This document shows, piece by piece, positions 16,600 through 25,185 of a DNA stretch of 64,000 nucleotides (positions are counted from its first letter, which is position 1; every line of letters starts with the position of its first letter). Under the pieces are notes generated by a model. It did not search any database, was not told the DNA's origin, and worked only from the letters and a program-made list of their open reading frames with translations. A program made the position numbers and the translations under genes. Where the stretch lies: the IMG/VR virus record IMGVR_UViG_2606217775_000001, positions 5,964 to 69,963 of that record; one strand, written 5' to 3'. The DNA is from a virus (Duplodnaviria; Caudoviricetes).

Positions 16600-17528
16600 C
16601 GTCGGGGCGCGCCACCCCGCGCGCCAGCTCCACTCGTACTCCGCCCGCCCTCCAGGGAAGCTTGATGCGCGGCCTGTTGCGTTTTGTGCCCAGCGAGATC
16701 GACACGATGGCCCGCTCTCTCCTGGCCAAGGAGCAGGAGGCGGCCCGCGAGCGCATGGCCGCTGGCGGGAAGGGTGGCCTCAAGCTCGTGAAAGTTTCAC
16801 GACCTTCCCTGACCCTCGACGCCATCGGGCGCCGGTTCGACATCTCCGGACGGCAGCTCCGGAAGATCATGGACGTGTGCGAGGCGGCCGCGGCCGATCC
16901 GGACCGGTTCGGGCCTCTGCTCGCCGAGATGGACGCCAAGGGGAAGGTCGACGGCCCGCACACCAAGCTGCTGCGGATGCGCGACGAGATCCGGATTCTG
17001 GACCTCGCGCCGGTCGACGGCCGCTTCCGCACCCTCGTCCTCGATCCGCCCTGGCAGGAGGACAACATCTCCGAGGCCGCCGGGCACGATTACGCGACGA
17101 TGACCCTCGCGGAGATCGCCGCGGTCCCGGTCGAGGCCTGGGCCGAGGACAACGCCCATCTCTACCTCTGGGCGACGAACAACACGCTTCAGGTCGCCTT
17201 CGGCCTGCTCGAATCCTACGGGTTCAAGCACAAGACGTTGCTGACCTGGACGAAGCCGGATCTCGGCCTCGGCCGCTACTTCCGGAACACGACGGAGCAC
17301 GTGATCTTCGCCGTGCGCGGCGAGATGCGCACTCGCGCGGCCGCCCGTTCGATCCGGACCGATCACGACTGGCCGGTGGGCGAGAACAGTGCGAAGCCGG
17401 ACGGGTTCTACGACCTGGTCCGCGCGTGCAGCTTCCCGCCCTACGGCGAGGCGTTCCAGCGTCAACCGCGGCCGGACTTCGTGAACCTCTACCAGGCGCC
17501 GGCCGCCGTGCGTGAGGCCGCCGAATGA
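16596..17528 (+). CDS. MT-A70-family adenine methyltransferase with N-terminal ParB/Spo0J-like HTH
   Basis: DPPW motif, LYLWAT, LTWTKP and RNTTEH; N-terminal LDAIGRRFDISGRQLRKI HTH. Confidence 0.85.
   Translation: MTSGRATPRASSTRTPPALQGSLMRGLLRFVPSEIDTMARSLLAKEQEAARERMAAGGKGGLKLVKVSRPSLTLDAIGRRFDISGRQLRKIMDVCEAAAADPDRFGPLLAEMDAKGKVDGPHTKLLRMRDEIRILDLAPVDGRFRTLVLDPPWQEDNISEAAGHDYATMTLAEIAAVPVEAWAEDNAHLYLWATNNTLQVAFGLLESYGFKHKTLLTWTKPDLGLGRYFRNTTEHVIFAVRGEMRTRAAARSIRTDHDWPVGENSAKPDGFYDLVRACSFPPYGEAFQRQPRPDFVNLYQAPAAVREAAE
16786..16802. repeat. Palindrome TCGTGAAA-G-TTTCACGA (copy 1)
   Basis: Its 15-bp core CGTGAAAGTTTCACG recurs at 57592-57606. Confidence 0.8.
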
Positions 17529-17689
17529 CGGCCGCCACGCTCCTCATGGCGATTGCCGCCCTCGAATCCGAAGCGCTGCATCGGCGGACGCGGCGCGGTG
17601 GCTTCGTCCCGCAGCTGGCGGCGCTTCATGCGTCCCGCTTCGCGGTGGCCGGCCTCCTGCTCGCCTTGCTGTGGGCGCTCGGACGATGA
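17525..17689 (+). CDS. Small membrane protein
   Basis: ATGA overlaps on both sides; C-terminal TM segment. Confidence 0.55.
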   Translation: MTAATLLMAIAALESEALHRRTRRGGFVPQLAALHASRFAVAGLLLALLWALGR

Positions 17690-18180
17690 GCGCAAATCCG
17701 CACCGCCGCGGGCTTCTGGGCCTGTTCGCCGCCGCGCCGATCGCCGCGGCCGCCGGCGTCCAGCCCGCATCGGTGCTCGGCCGTGCCCGGACACTCTCGC
17801 TGCGTGTAGGGGCCGAGGAGTGGGTGACCGGGGCCATGGCCCGAGCCCGGGAGAACGTGGCCGGCCCTGGGCTCCAGGGTATCGAGGCCGCGATCGAGCG
17901 TGCCCACCCGCTCGATCGCGAGCTTCCGCCCGAACTGGCGGATGTCTTCGCGCGCCTCGACGCCAAACCGGCCGCCGCCGAGGCGCAGTTCAGCGCCGAG
18001 GCCCGCGCGATCGCCGCGGTGGCGCTGGTCTACCCGCCCGAGATCGCAGCCTTCCGCTCGTTCGGCGCACCCATGCGCCGTCGGTTCTACGCCGAGCTGC
18101 TGACGCGCGAATCCGCGCGCTTGGCCGCCGCGAGCGAACCGCCGCCGATGCCGCCGGCATCGTCCGGACCGGACGCCTAG
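17686..18180 (+). CDS. Hypothetical protein with twin-arginine-like N-terminus
   Basis: MSANPHRRGLLGLFAAAPIAAAAG. Confidence 0.65.
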   Translation: MSANPHRRGLLGLFAAAPIAAAAGVQPASVLGRARTLSLRVGAEEWVTGAMARARENVAGPGLQGIEAAIERAHPLDRELPPELADVFARLDAKPAAAEAQFSAEARAIAAVALVYPPEIAAFRSFGAPMRRRFYAELLTRESARLAAASEPPPMPPASSGPDA

Positions 18181-18303
18181 CGTGGCGTTCGGGAGCAAGC
18201 CCCGCAGGGGCTCCGACTCCCAAGCGACTCGGACTCTGAATCCGCTCCCGGCCCTCACCGGCCGCCCCACCGCGCCCGCGCGGCAACCCTCCCGAGGTCA
18301 TCG

Positions 18304-18696
18304 ATGAGCGCGCCCACCACCAAGGTACTGATGTCGGCCGGCAACCCGACCGGCCGGAAGCTCGAGGAGCTGCTGGTCGAGATCGCCGAGGACCTGCGCG
18401 TCAAGAACGACGCCCTCGAGGCGGATCCATCTCCGACCTCGCGCGCAATCCGGATCAACAACCTCGGCATCCTCGACTGCCTGGCGCTCGCCGGGGTTCG
18501 CCAGCTCGACACGCTCCGGCGGCTCGACCTGATCGGGCCTGACCAGGGCGCGGGCGGTACGCCGCGCATCGGCGCCGGCGCGGCCGACACGCCCGCGCCT
18601 GCTGCCGGCATCGTTACCGAGGCCACCGCCGCACCGACCGTGACGTCCGGCTCCGACCTGGTCGTGCCGGCGCCCACCGTCCTGCCGGCCGTCTGA
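18304..18696 (+). CDS. Phage hypothetical protein
   Basis: GAGG RBS; NPTGRKLEELL...NNLGI motif. Confidence 0.7.
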   Translation: MSAPTTKVLMSAGNPTGRKLEELLVEIAEDLRVKNDALEADPSPTSRAIRINNLGILDCLALAGVRQLDTLRRLDLIGPDQGAGGTPRIGAGAADTPAPAAGIVTEATAAPTVTSGSDLVVPAPTVLPAV

Positions 18697-19050
18697 CGCG
18701 CGGAGCCGCCCAGCCATGAACCCACAGCTCTGGCCCTTGCCCCGCGGTCCCCCGCGCCAGGACATCAGATCCTCGCTCGCCCTGCGTCAGGTCCGCGCCT
18801 CGTGCCCGACTGATGCCGCCCGGTCCGGACGAGATCCGGCCTTCCGCAGGTCCTGAGCTGCCGCCTCCAGACGCCGTCTTTTTCGGCGGAGGCCTTCGCT
18901 CGGTCCCGTGTTGCGAGCGTCTCACACCGCCCCGCCGACCCGACCGCCGTTCGCGAGCAGCGATTTCAGCGACGGGTGTTCGCGTGCCCGGAGCCGGACA
19001 GGCTTCGCGGCCGGCCAATGAAGCTTTGCCTGAACGAAGGCGCACCGCCC

Positions 19051-20082
19051 ATGAGTATCGAGGCCATCCACTACGTCATGAAGACGGACATCCCGGACGG
19101 GATCGCGAAGCTCGTCGCCTTCGTGATCGCGGACTATGCGCACGCCGAGACCGGGCAGGCCTGGCCGAAGGTCGAGACGCTGGCGCGCAAGTGCTCGCAG
19201 TCCGTCCGGACCGTCCAGCGCAAGATCCGTGTCCTGGAGGACCTCGGCATCCTGCGGGTCGAACAGCGCCACGCCGAGACCGGCCGGCAGCGGGAGAACC
19301 TGTTCGTCCTCTACCTGCCGGGCGTACCGCGGCCGGCGGCGAACGACCTGTCGCCGCCCCGATCGAGCGGCCGGCCGAAGCGCGGGGAGGGTGACACACA
19401 GTCACCCATACCGCCGCCCGATCCAGTCACCCTCGGGGGTGTCACAGCAGTCACCCCCGAGGGTGACACTGCTGTCACCCCTAGAGGAATCCCCCAGAAG
19501 GAATCCACCAGAAGGGAATCCTCCAGGAGAGAGACTCGGGACTCGTCGCTCCCCCCCGCGTCCGCTCACGCGGCCACGGCCCCCAAGGGGGCTCCCTCTC
19601 CCCGGGCTGTTTTGTGTCCCGATGGATTCGCGCCGGAGGGGCGCCACTACGCCGCCGCCGAGGCCCTCGGCTTCGACGCCGCCTTCGTTCGGCAGACCGC
19701 CGCCAGCATGCATCGCTGGTCACACGCCAACGCGCACCGGCCGATCGCCCGGAAGTCCGACTGGGCGCTGGCCTTCGACGGGATCCTCGACACCGCGCTC
19801 CGCGAGGCCGCCGAGCGCGCCGCCCGCGAGACCCGCCGCTCCACCACCGCATCCGCTTCGCCCCGCCGCTCCACGAACGGCGGACTCGCCCTCGTCGCCG
19901 AGATGATTGGATTGCCCCATGAGCCTGCCGACCTCCTCGATGTCCTCGGCCTACAGTCGGGCCGTGCTCCCGCTGCTCCCGACGCGGGAGTCGGATCGCT
20001 TCATCGCGCAGTTCACGAACCGGCTGGAGGACACGCCGGGCTCCTTCCGGCGCAAGCGTCTGCCCGTCGCTTCGGCGCCTAA
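19051..20082 (+). CDS. Replication initiator (lambda O-like, N-terminal winged HTH)
   Basis: AKLVAFVIADYA...AWPKVETLARKCSQSVRTVQRKIRVLEDLG HTH; internal iteron array. Confidence 0.85.
   Translation: MSIEAIHYVMKTDIPDGIAKLVAFVIADYAHAETGQAWPKVETLARKCSQSVRTVQRKIRVLEDLGILRVEQRHAETGRQRENLFVLYLPGVPRPAANDLSPPRSSGRPKRGEGDTQSPIPPPDPVTLGGVTAVTPEGDTAVTPRGIPQKESTRRESSRRETRDSSLPPASAHAATAPKGAPSPRAVLCPDGFAPEGRHYAAAEALGFDAAFVRQTAASMHRWSHANAHRPIARKSDWALAFDGILDTALREAAERAARETRRSTTASASPRRSTNGGLALVAEMIGLPHEPADLLDVLGLQSGRAPAAPDAGVGSLHRAVHEPAGGHAGLLPAQASARRFGA
19389..19530. repeat. Putative replication origin: iterons inside the initiator gene
   Basis: GGGTGACACACAGTCACCC (19389), GGGTGTCACAGCAGTCACCC (19437), GGGTGACACTGCTGTCACCC (19461), then three GGAATC(C/T)-type repeats. 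Confidence 0.75.
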
Positions 20083-20737
20083 CCGGACGCAGCAAGACTG
20101 GCTGGAGCACCGGCGGGACGAGCTGCGGCACGCGCTCGTCCCGACACCGGGGCCGGAGGCGAACCGGGAGATCATGCTCCTGATCGCCAGCAAGGCGAAC
20201 TTCGGCGCCGACGCGCAGGAGCTCACCACGAAGGTCGGGTTCTACGCCCAGGCCCTCGCCGGCGAGCCGACCTGGGCGATCGAGCGAGCCCGGCTCCGGT
20301 TCCGCCAGCCCGGCTGGCACTGCCTCTGGGACGGCAAGGGCTGCCCGTCCGACACCGACGTCGTCGCCGAGTGCCGGTACGAGACCCTGCCGCTCGAGAC
20401 CGAGCTGGCGAGGGTCGAGGCGATCCTCGGCGCCGAGCTCTACGACACCGGCGCCACCGACGACGACCGGGCGAACGCTGTCGCTCACTGGGAGACGGTG
20501 AAGGCGGAGCTGCGCGGCGAGGCCGTGATCACCGAGCAGACGGAGGAGGAGATCTCCGCCGAGCGGGCGGCCATGGCCCGCGCGAACGATCGCTTCCGCC
20601 AGCGAGCCCGGATCGAGGCCGAAGCGCAGGGTCGCGGCCAAGCCATGTGGGGCCGACTCCCGATCAGCGACGAGCTCGCCCGCAAGATCGGCCTGCGGGT
20701 GCCGATCCCCGTCGACCACGAAGAGGAGGTCCACTGA
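19919..20737 (+). CDS. Putative replication accessory protein (P-like position)
   Basis: Follows the initiator; FYAQALAGEPTWAIERA...P motif resembles phage helicase-loader/inhibitor proteins. Confidence 0.6.
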   Translation: MSLPTSSMSSAYSRAVLPLLPTRESDRFIAQFTNRLEDTPGSFRRKRLPVASAPNRTQQDWLEHRRDELRHALVPTPGPEANREIMLLIASKANFGADAQELTTKVGFYAQALAGEPTWAIERARLRFRQPGWHCLWDGKGCPSDTDVVAECRYETLPLETELARVEAILGAELYDTGATDDDRANAVAHWETVKAELRGEAVITEQTEEEISAERAAMARANDRFRQRARIEAEAQGRGQAMWGRLPISDELARKIGLRVPIPVDHEEEVH

Positions 20738-20795
20738 GCCGACGCGCCAGGCCGGCGCGCATCCCCCGGCCTCACATCCCCACAGGAGCTCTCCA

Positions 20796-21230
20796 GTGTC
20801 CGACACCCAAGACGACATCCTCAGCCTCACCGCCGGCATCGTGGCGGCCTACGTCAGCCGGCAGGCCGTATCAGCGACCGATCTGCCTAGCCTCATGCGC
20901 ACCGTCCGCGATGGCCTAGTCGCGCTCCAGGAGCCGGCGCCGGCTGTGGCGACCGACAAGCCCGAGGGCTTTCGCCTGACAGCCACCGAGATCCGCAAGT
21001 CGATGAAGCCCGACGCTCTGATCAGCTTCCTCGACGGCAAGCCGTACAAGACGCTGAAGCGGCATCTGACGTCCCACGGCCTGACCCCGGCGGGCTACCG
21101 CGCACGCTTCGGCCTGCCCGACGACTATCCCATGGTCGCCGCGGGCTACGCCGCGAAGCGCTCGGCGCTCGCGAAGGCGATCGGGCTGGGCGTACCCGGC
21201 GCACAGGCGGCGCGGCAGGCGGCGGAATGA
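20796..21230 (+). CDS. mucR: MucR/Ros family transcriptional regulator
   Basis: LTAGIVAAYVS...IRKSMKPDALISFLDGKPYKTLKRHL..HGLTP..YR..FGLP.DYPMVA; AGGAG RBS. Confidence 0.92.
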   Translation: MSDTQDDILSLTAGIVAAYVSRQAVSATDLPSLMRTVRDGLVALQEPAPAVATDKPEGFRLTATEIRKSMKPDALISFLDGKPYKTLKRHLTSHGLTPAGYRARFGLPDDYPMVAAGYAAKRSALAKAIGLGVPGAQAARQAAE

Positions 21231-21438
21231 ACGCGTTTTTGGGGCAGCACCTTGCCTGCGCTAGGCCAGGTCTGCAGAGCGCATTCACAAGTTCCATGCT
21301 GCCATTGCAAAGCGAGGAGGCATGACAGCCTCCTGCAACAAAGCTTGCGATCGGTCGTGCTTCCAACAGCGGCCTTGCCGGCTTCGATATCCGCATGACA
21401 GGATGGGGCTATTTCGCAGCGCCGTCCAAGGTCCAACT

Positions 21439-23133
21439 ATGGCGATCGATGTCGACTATCCCGCGTTACTTGAAAATTTTCGTGAGCACATGGCTCCTAA
21501 GCGCTCAGAAAGTGCATCGTTCCTAATCTGGTATTTGGAACAATATTATCGCCTTGAAGACGTCGAGGCCGTCGATGCAGTCTGCGACCAACCGGGCGAC
21601 AAGGGCGTAGACGGAATATTCATTAACGACAACAATCAGACGATAACAATATTTCAGTCAAAGGTTTCGCATAGATCGGACACAGCGTTGGGAGATTTCG
21701 CCCTTCGCAATTTCCTCGGAACGCTTCGACAATTCCAATCTGTTGAAACGGCAGAGCATCTCATGAAGACTGCGGGGATGGCTCAAGTTGCTCAGTTGAT
21801 TAAGCGTTCTGGTCTTCTAGAAAAACTACCTTCTTATGAATTGCATGGCGAATTTGTTGCCAACATAGATCTTGACCGAAACGGCGCTGATTTCTTGGAC
21901 CGGCACAATAAGGAGATCGCGTTTGTCGGGAAAAAAGAACTACTGGCAAATTACATCTCCGATGAACGCGATCTTCCCAAGCAAAAAATAGTTACCTTCG
22001 ACGTATTTGGGGTCAAGTGCGCGGAGCACATTGCCGGAACCGGCACCAAAGCGGTCATCGCTCCCATACGAGCACGCGAGTTAGTAGAACTAGACGGCAT
22101 CGAAGATCAATCTCTCTTTACATATAATGTTCGCGGGCCACTAGGCCGGACGAGTGTGAATAAAGACCTCGTAAAAAGCGTTAAAGATAGCTCTACTCAT
22201 CGGAATTTTCCGCTTTTCCATAATGGCATTACAGTAATAGCAAAGCATCTAAAGATGGATGAAGAGAAGATCGAAATTGGCGGCTACTACGTTGTCAACG
22301 GATGCCAAAGCGTGACATCTCTTCACGGGAATAAGTCCGCTATCACTGACGATCTGAAGCTGCTGACGAAGTTCATCCAAATGGACCCAACTTCCGACGA
22401 GGCAAAACAGATTACCGAATATTCAAACAATCAGAATGGGGTTCGTTCCAGGGATTTTAAGTCCAATAACGCTATTCAAATTCGTCTGCGCACCGAATTC
22501 GCGCAACACTATAAGGATCGGTATATTTTTGAGATCAAGCGTGGCGAGACCTCGGCCGCGGGCGAGCCTATTTCAAACGAAGAGGCCGGCCTGTACCTCA
22601 TGGCCTTTGATCTTAAAGAGCCGTGGGGCACACATCGGAAGTATGAAGTATTCGAAGATAAGCATAGCGCTCTTTTCGGAAGGCCATACGTTACCGCAGA
22701 CAGGATTGTGATGCTGAGGGTCATAGATGATGAAATCAAGGCGCAATTAATCAAATTCAAAGAGCCGCTGCTCGCGCAATATAAACTCACTAGATATATG
22801 TTAATGTACATTCTTCGCGAGATGCTTAGCGAAGATACTAAGTTCAAAGAAATAATCGATTACCCGGAATTATACGTGCGAGACCTGAAGCTCAGTAATG
22901 CATTCCGAAGAGCTATTTCCATATTCATTTCTGATATTATTGTAGACATCAATGAAGAGAGTAAGAGTTTTGGCGAGGATTTTGATTATAGGGGAAAGAT
23001 AAAAGACGCGGATTGGGTGAGGGAGATCACGAAAACGATACAGAAGGGTTATCATAAGAACGTCAATCGCGGACGTCAGGATAGTTTTGAAATGGAGTGG
23101 AGCAAGTGCGTGAAGCATCAGGAAGCCAACTGA
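21439..23133 (+). CDS. AIPR-family (abortive infection phage resistance) protein
   Basis: CDQPGDKGVDGI...QSK N-terminal domain; NVRGPLG...VNK...FPLFHNGIT...VVNGCQSV...NNQN...RDFKSN core; markedly AT-richer than its flanks. Confidence 0.85.
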   Translation: MAIDVDYPALLENFREHMAPKRSESASFLIWYLEQYYRLEDVEAVDAVCDQPGDKGVDGIFINDNNQTITIFQSKVSHRSDTALGDFALRNFLGTLRQFQSVETAEHLMKTAGMAQVAQLIKRSGLLEKLPSYELHGEFVANIDLDRNGADFLDRHNKEIAFVGKKELLANYISDERDLPKQKIVTFDVFGVKCAEHIAGTGTKAVIAPIRARELVELDGIEDQSLFTYNVRGPLGRTSVNKDLVKSVKDSSTHRNFPLFHNGITVIAKHLKMDEEKIEIGGYYVVNGCQSVTSLHGNKSAITDDLKLLTKFIQMDPTSDEAKQITEYSNNQNGVRSRDFKSNNAIQIRLRTEFAQHYKDRYIFEIKRGETSAAGEPISNEEAGLYLMAFDLKEPWGTHRKYEVFEDKHSALFGRPYVTADRIVMLRVIDDEIKAQLIKFKEPLLAQYKLTRYMLMYILREMLSEDTKFKEIIDYPELYVRDLKLSNAFRRAISIFISDIIVDINEESKSFGEDFDYRGKIKDADWVREITKTIQKGYHKNVNRGRQDSFEMEWSKCVKHQEAN

Positions 23134-23521
23134 ACATTTATGCATGATGTAAATATCTGAAATACCAAACCCAACATCCGTCGCCTCAGAGCCGCCCCTC
23201 TCAGCGAATTGCGAAATCCGGGCATGCAAATTTCAGGCTGATGGAAGAGCACCATAATCAGTGCCACGAGGCCGGACATTCGTCCGGCCCCGCAAGATCT
23301 GAAAACCCATCGCCAGCAGATGATCGAGAATGGTGAGGGCGTTGGGAATGTCGATTACACCGAGAAACGACCCGCTTCCCCGATGACCTGATCGCGATGA
23401 AGGAACCGCACTCGGCGCCCTGGGAGGGGCAGAAGCCGCCGGATCAAAATTGAGATCCCCTTCATTTGATCCGACATTGTGCAAGCCGACCATTGCCGAG
23501 CTGCCACGGTTCCGCACCAGG

Positions 23522-23536
23522 GAACATGCTAGGAAC
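23522..23536 (+). promoter_or_regulatory. Alphaproteobacterial LexA (SOS) box
   Basis: GAAC-ATGCTAG-GAAC is a perfect GAAC-N7-GAAC; intergenic, 36 bp upstream of 23572. Confidence 0.6.
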
Positions 23537-23571
23537 GGCTGGCGGCGATCAGGACCGCCTCGTCGCGTAAG

Positions 23572-23958
23572 ATGCCGCTCCGCCAGGAAGGTCCACCACT
23601 CGACCCCGCCCTCGGCCACACCCCAAGCTGGACGAGTGGCGACGTGCTGCTCTGGATGAAGCGGGCCTATGCCACGAACCCGCGAACGCGGAGCGCTGCC
23701 GAGATCCGGCCGCTGAACTGGCTCAACGAATACCTCAACATCGCCGATCCGGACTGGACGAAGAAGCGCGACCTTCTGCTGCTGTGGGCCAAGTGCCGTG
23801 CCGAGGGCGGAAGCTTTCAGGAGGCAATTCGGGGACGACCACTGAAGTATGGATCGTCCGCCACAGCCTACCGCCTGCGCGATGAGGCCGCCGAGCAGAT
23901 CGCGGCCGGCATCAACGCGGCGATCATCCGCAGTCAAGCCAAACTGAATTCATCTTGA
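23572..23958 (+). CDS. Hypothetical protein, possible transcription regulator
   Basis: 128 aa, helical; C-terminal ATAYRLRDEAAEQIAAGIN resembles a sigma-region-4-like end. Confidence 0.65.
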   Translation: MPLRQEGPPLDPALGHTPSWTSGDVLLWMKRAYATNPRTRSAAEIRPLNWLNEYLNIADPDWTKKRDLLLLWAKCRAEGGSFQEAIRGRPLKYGSSATAYRLRDEAAEQIAAGINAAIIRSQAKLNSS

Positions 23959-24185
23959 CACTGAGAAAACCAGCGGCGGATCAACGCGTGCTGCCGCTTT
24001 GTATCGAACCGGCACAGCACTGGGGACCCACCGTGCCGGCAACAACGCAGTCGCAGAGCACCACCCACGCCTTCGCGCCGGCCCGGCGCGCCTCACCCGG
24101 TCGCCACGCCGGCGGCATCCGTCAGAGCCGCGTCCACGCCCCGCCGATCGGCACCCGTCGTCCGGAGACGCCGAACAAGCGCGTC

Positions 24186-25061
24186 ATGGACATCGAGGAC
24201 GTGCTGCGCTGGGCGTTCGTCGACGAGCTGCCGAAGCGGCGCGAGGACGACGGCTCGTTCCGGTTGCGCGAGTTCCCCTCGGTCTGCCCGATGTTCGCGA
24301 TGGCCCAGCACGGCGGCCGGATCGAGAACTTCTCCCGCGAGCCCGGCTTCCCGGCAGCGATGGGCGAGCCGCATCCCGACGCGCTGATCGTCGAGGCTGC
24401 TGTCCTTGGGCTCTCCCGCTTCGCCGAGCATCGGTTCGACGGCGACCTTGGACTCGCCCCGGATCTGCCGGCGGGCCAGGACCAGCAAGGGCCGATGGTG
24501 CGGGCGATGGAGCAGCTCGTCGACATCGTGCGGATCCGGGCCCGGCTCGGCGCGCGCCCGACCTTCGCCGCATCTCCGGAGCCGGCGGCCTTGGTCGACG
24601 AGAAGCGTGGTCGACCGGTGGTAATGATCCAGCGCACCGTCATGAAGACCGATGCCGAAGGGCGGCTGCGCCCCCACATCATCGAGGAGCGTGTGGGCGC
24701 CGAAGGCAAGGATCGGTATCCGCGTGGGGCCTACTGCGTGATCGAGTGGGACGATCCGAAGTCGATCCTGATCGAACGGGCCGAATACGCGGCATGGTGG
24801 GCCGGGCTCGACCTGCTGGCGCACGAACTCTCCGGCAAGCTTGCGTCGATCGCCGTGCTGCCGCCAGCGGCCGCCCAGCGCCCCTGGGCCGGCGAGACTG
24901 ATGCGGCGAAGCCAAAGCGGATCCTGGACAACCCGTCGAGTCGCAAGCGCCTACGCGAGCAGCGCGTCGACCAGGTCGTGAACTACCTGCTGTCGCATCG
25001 CCGGAAGAGCAGCCCGCGCAAGCCGAAGGCAGCTCCGGCGGCGCAGTCCGCGACAGCTTGA
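24186..25061 (+). CDS. Putative late-gene regulator (Q position)
   Basis: MDIEDVLRWAFVDELPK...PHPDA N-terminus; located between the replication and late genes. Function inferred from position only. Confidence 0.6.
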   Translation: MDIEDVLRWAFVDELPKRREDDGSFRLREFPSVCPMFAMAQHGGRIENFSREPGFPAAMGEPHPDALIVEAAVLGLSRFAEHRFDGDLGLAPDLPAGQDQQGPMVRAMEQLVDIVRIRARLGARPTFAASPEPAALVDEKRGRPVVMIQRTVMKTDAEGRLRPHIIEERVGAEGKDRYPRGAYCVIEWDDPKSILIERAEYAAWWAGLDLLAHELSGKLASIAVLPPAAAQRPWAGETDAAKPKRILDNPSSRKRLREQRVDQVVNYLLSHRRKSSPRKPKAAPAAQSATA

Positions 25062-25185
25062 TCGCTTAGCTGCGGCGGCCCCAGCACGAGGATCTGCCTG
25101 GGAGTATGGTTGGTACCCCGGTTATAGTAGATGCTGCCGCGGCGCCGAGACCGAGCGGCGAAGATACACGCTGCAGGGTTGTGGG

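Noticed and set aside
21315-21334. AGGAGGC-ATGACA-GCCTCCT hairpin hiding an RBS-like sequence and the track's AIPR start (21322)
   Set aside because: RBS-to-ATG spacing is only 1 nt and the extra 39 residues look non-conserved; ATG 21439 is preferred. A regulatory role is not supported.
23233-23937. Minus-strand 234-aa ORF
   Set aside because: Overlaps the better-supported plus-strand gene 23572..23958 and its SOS box, with no recognisable motifs.
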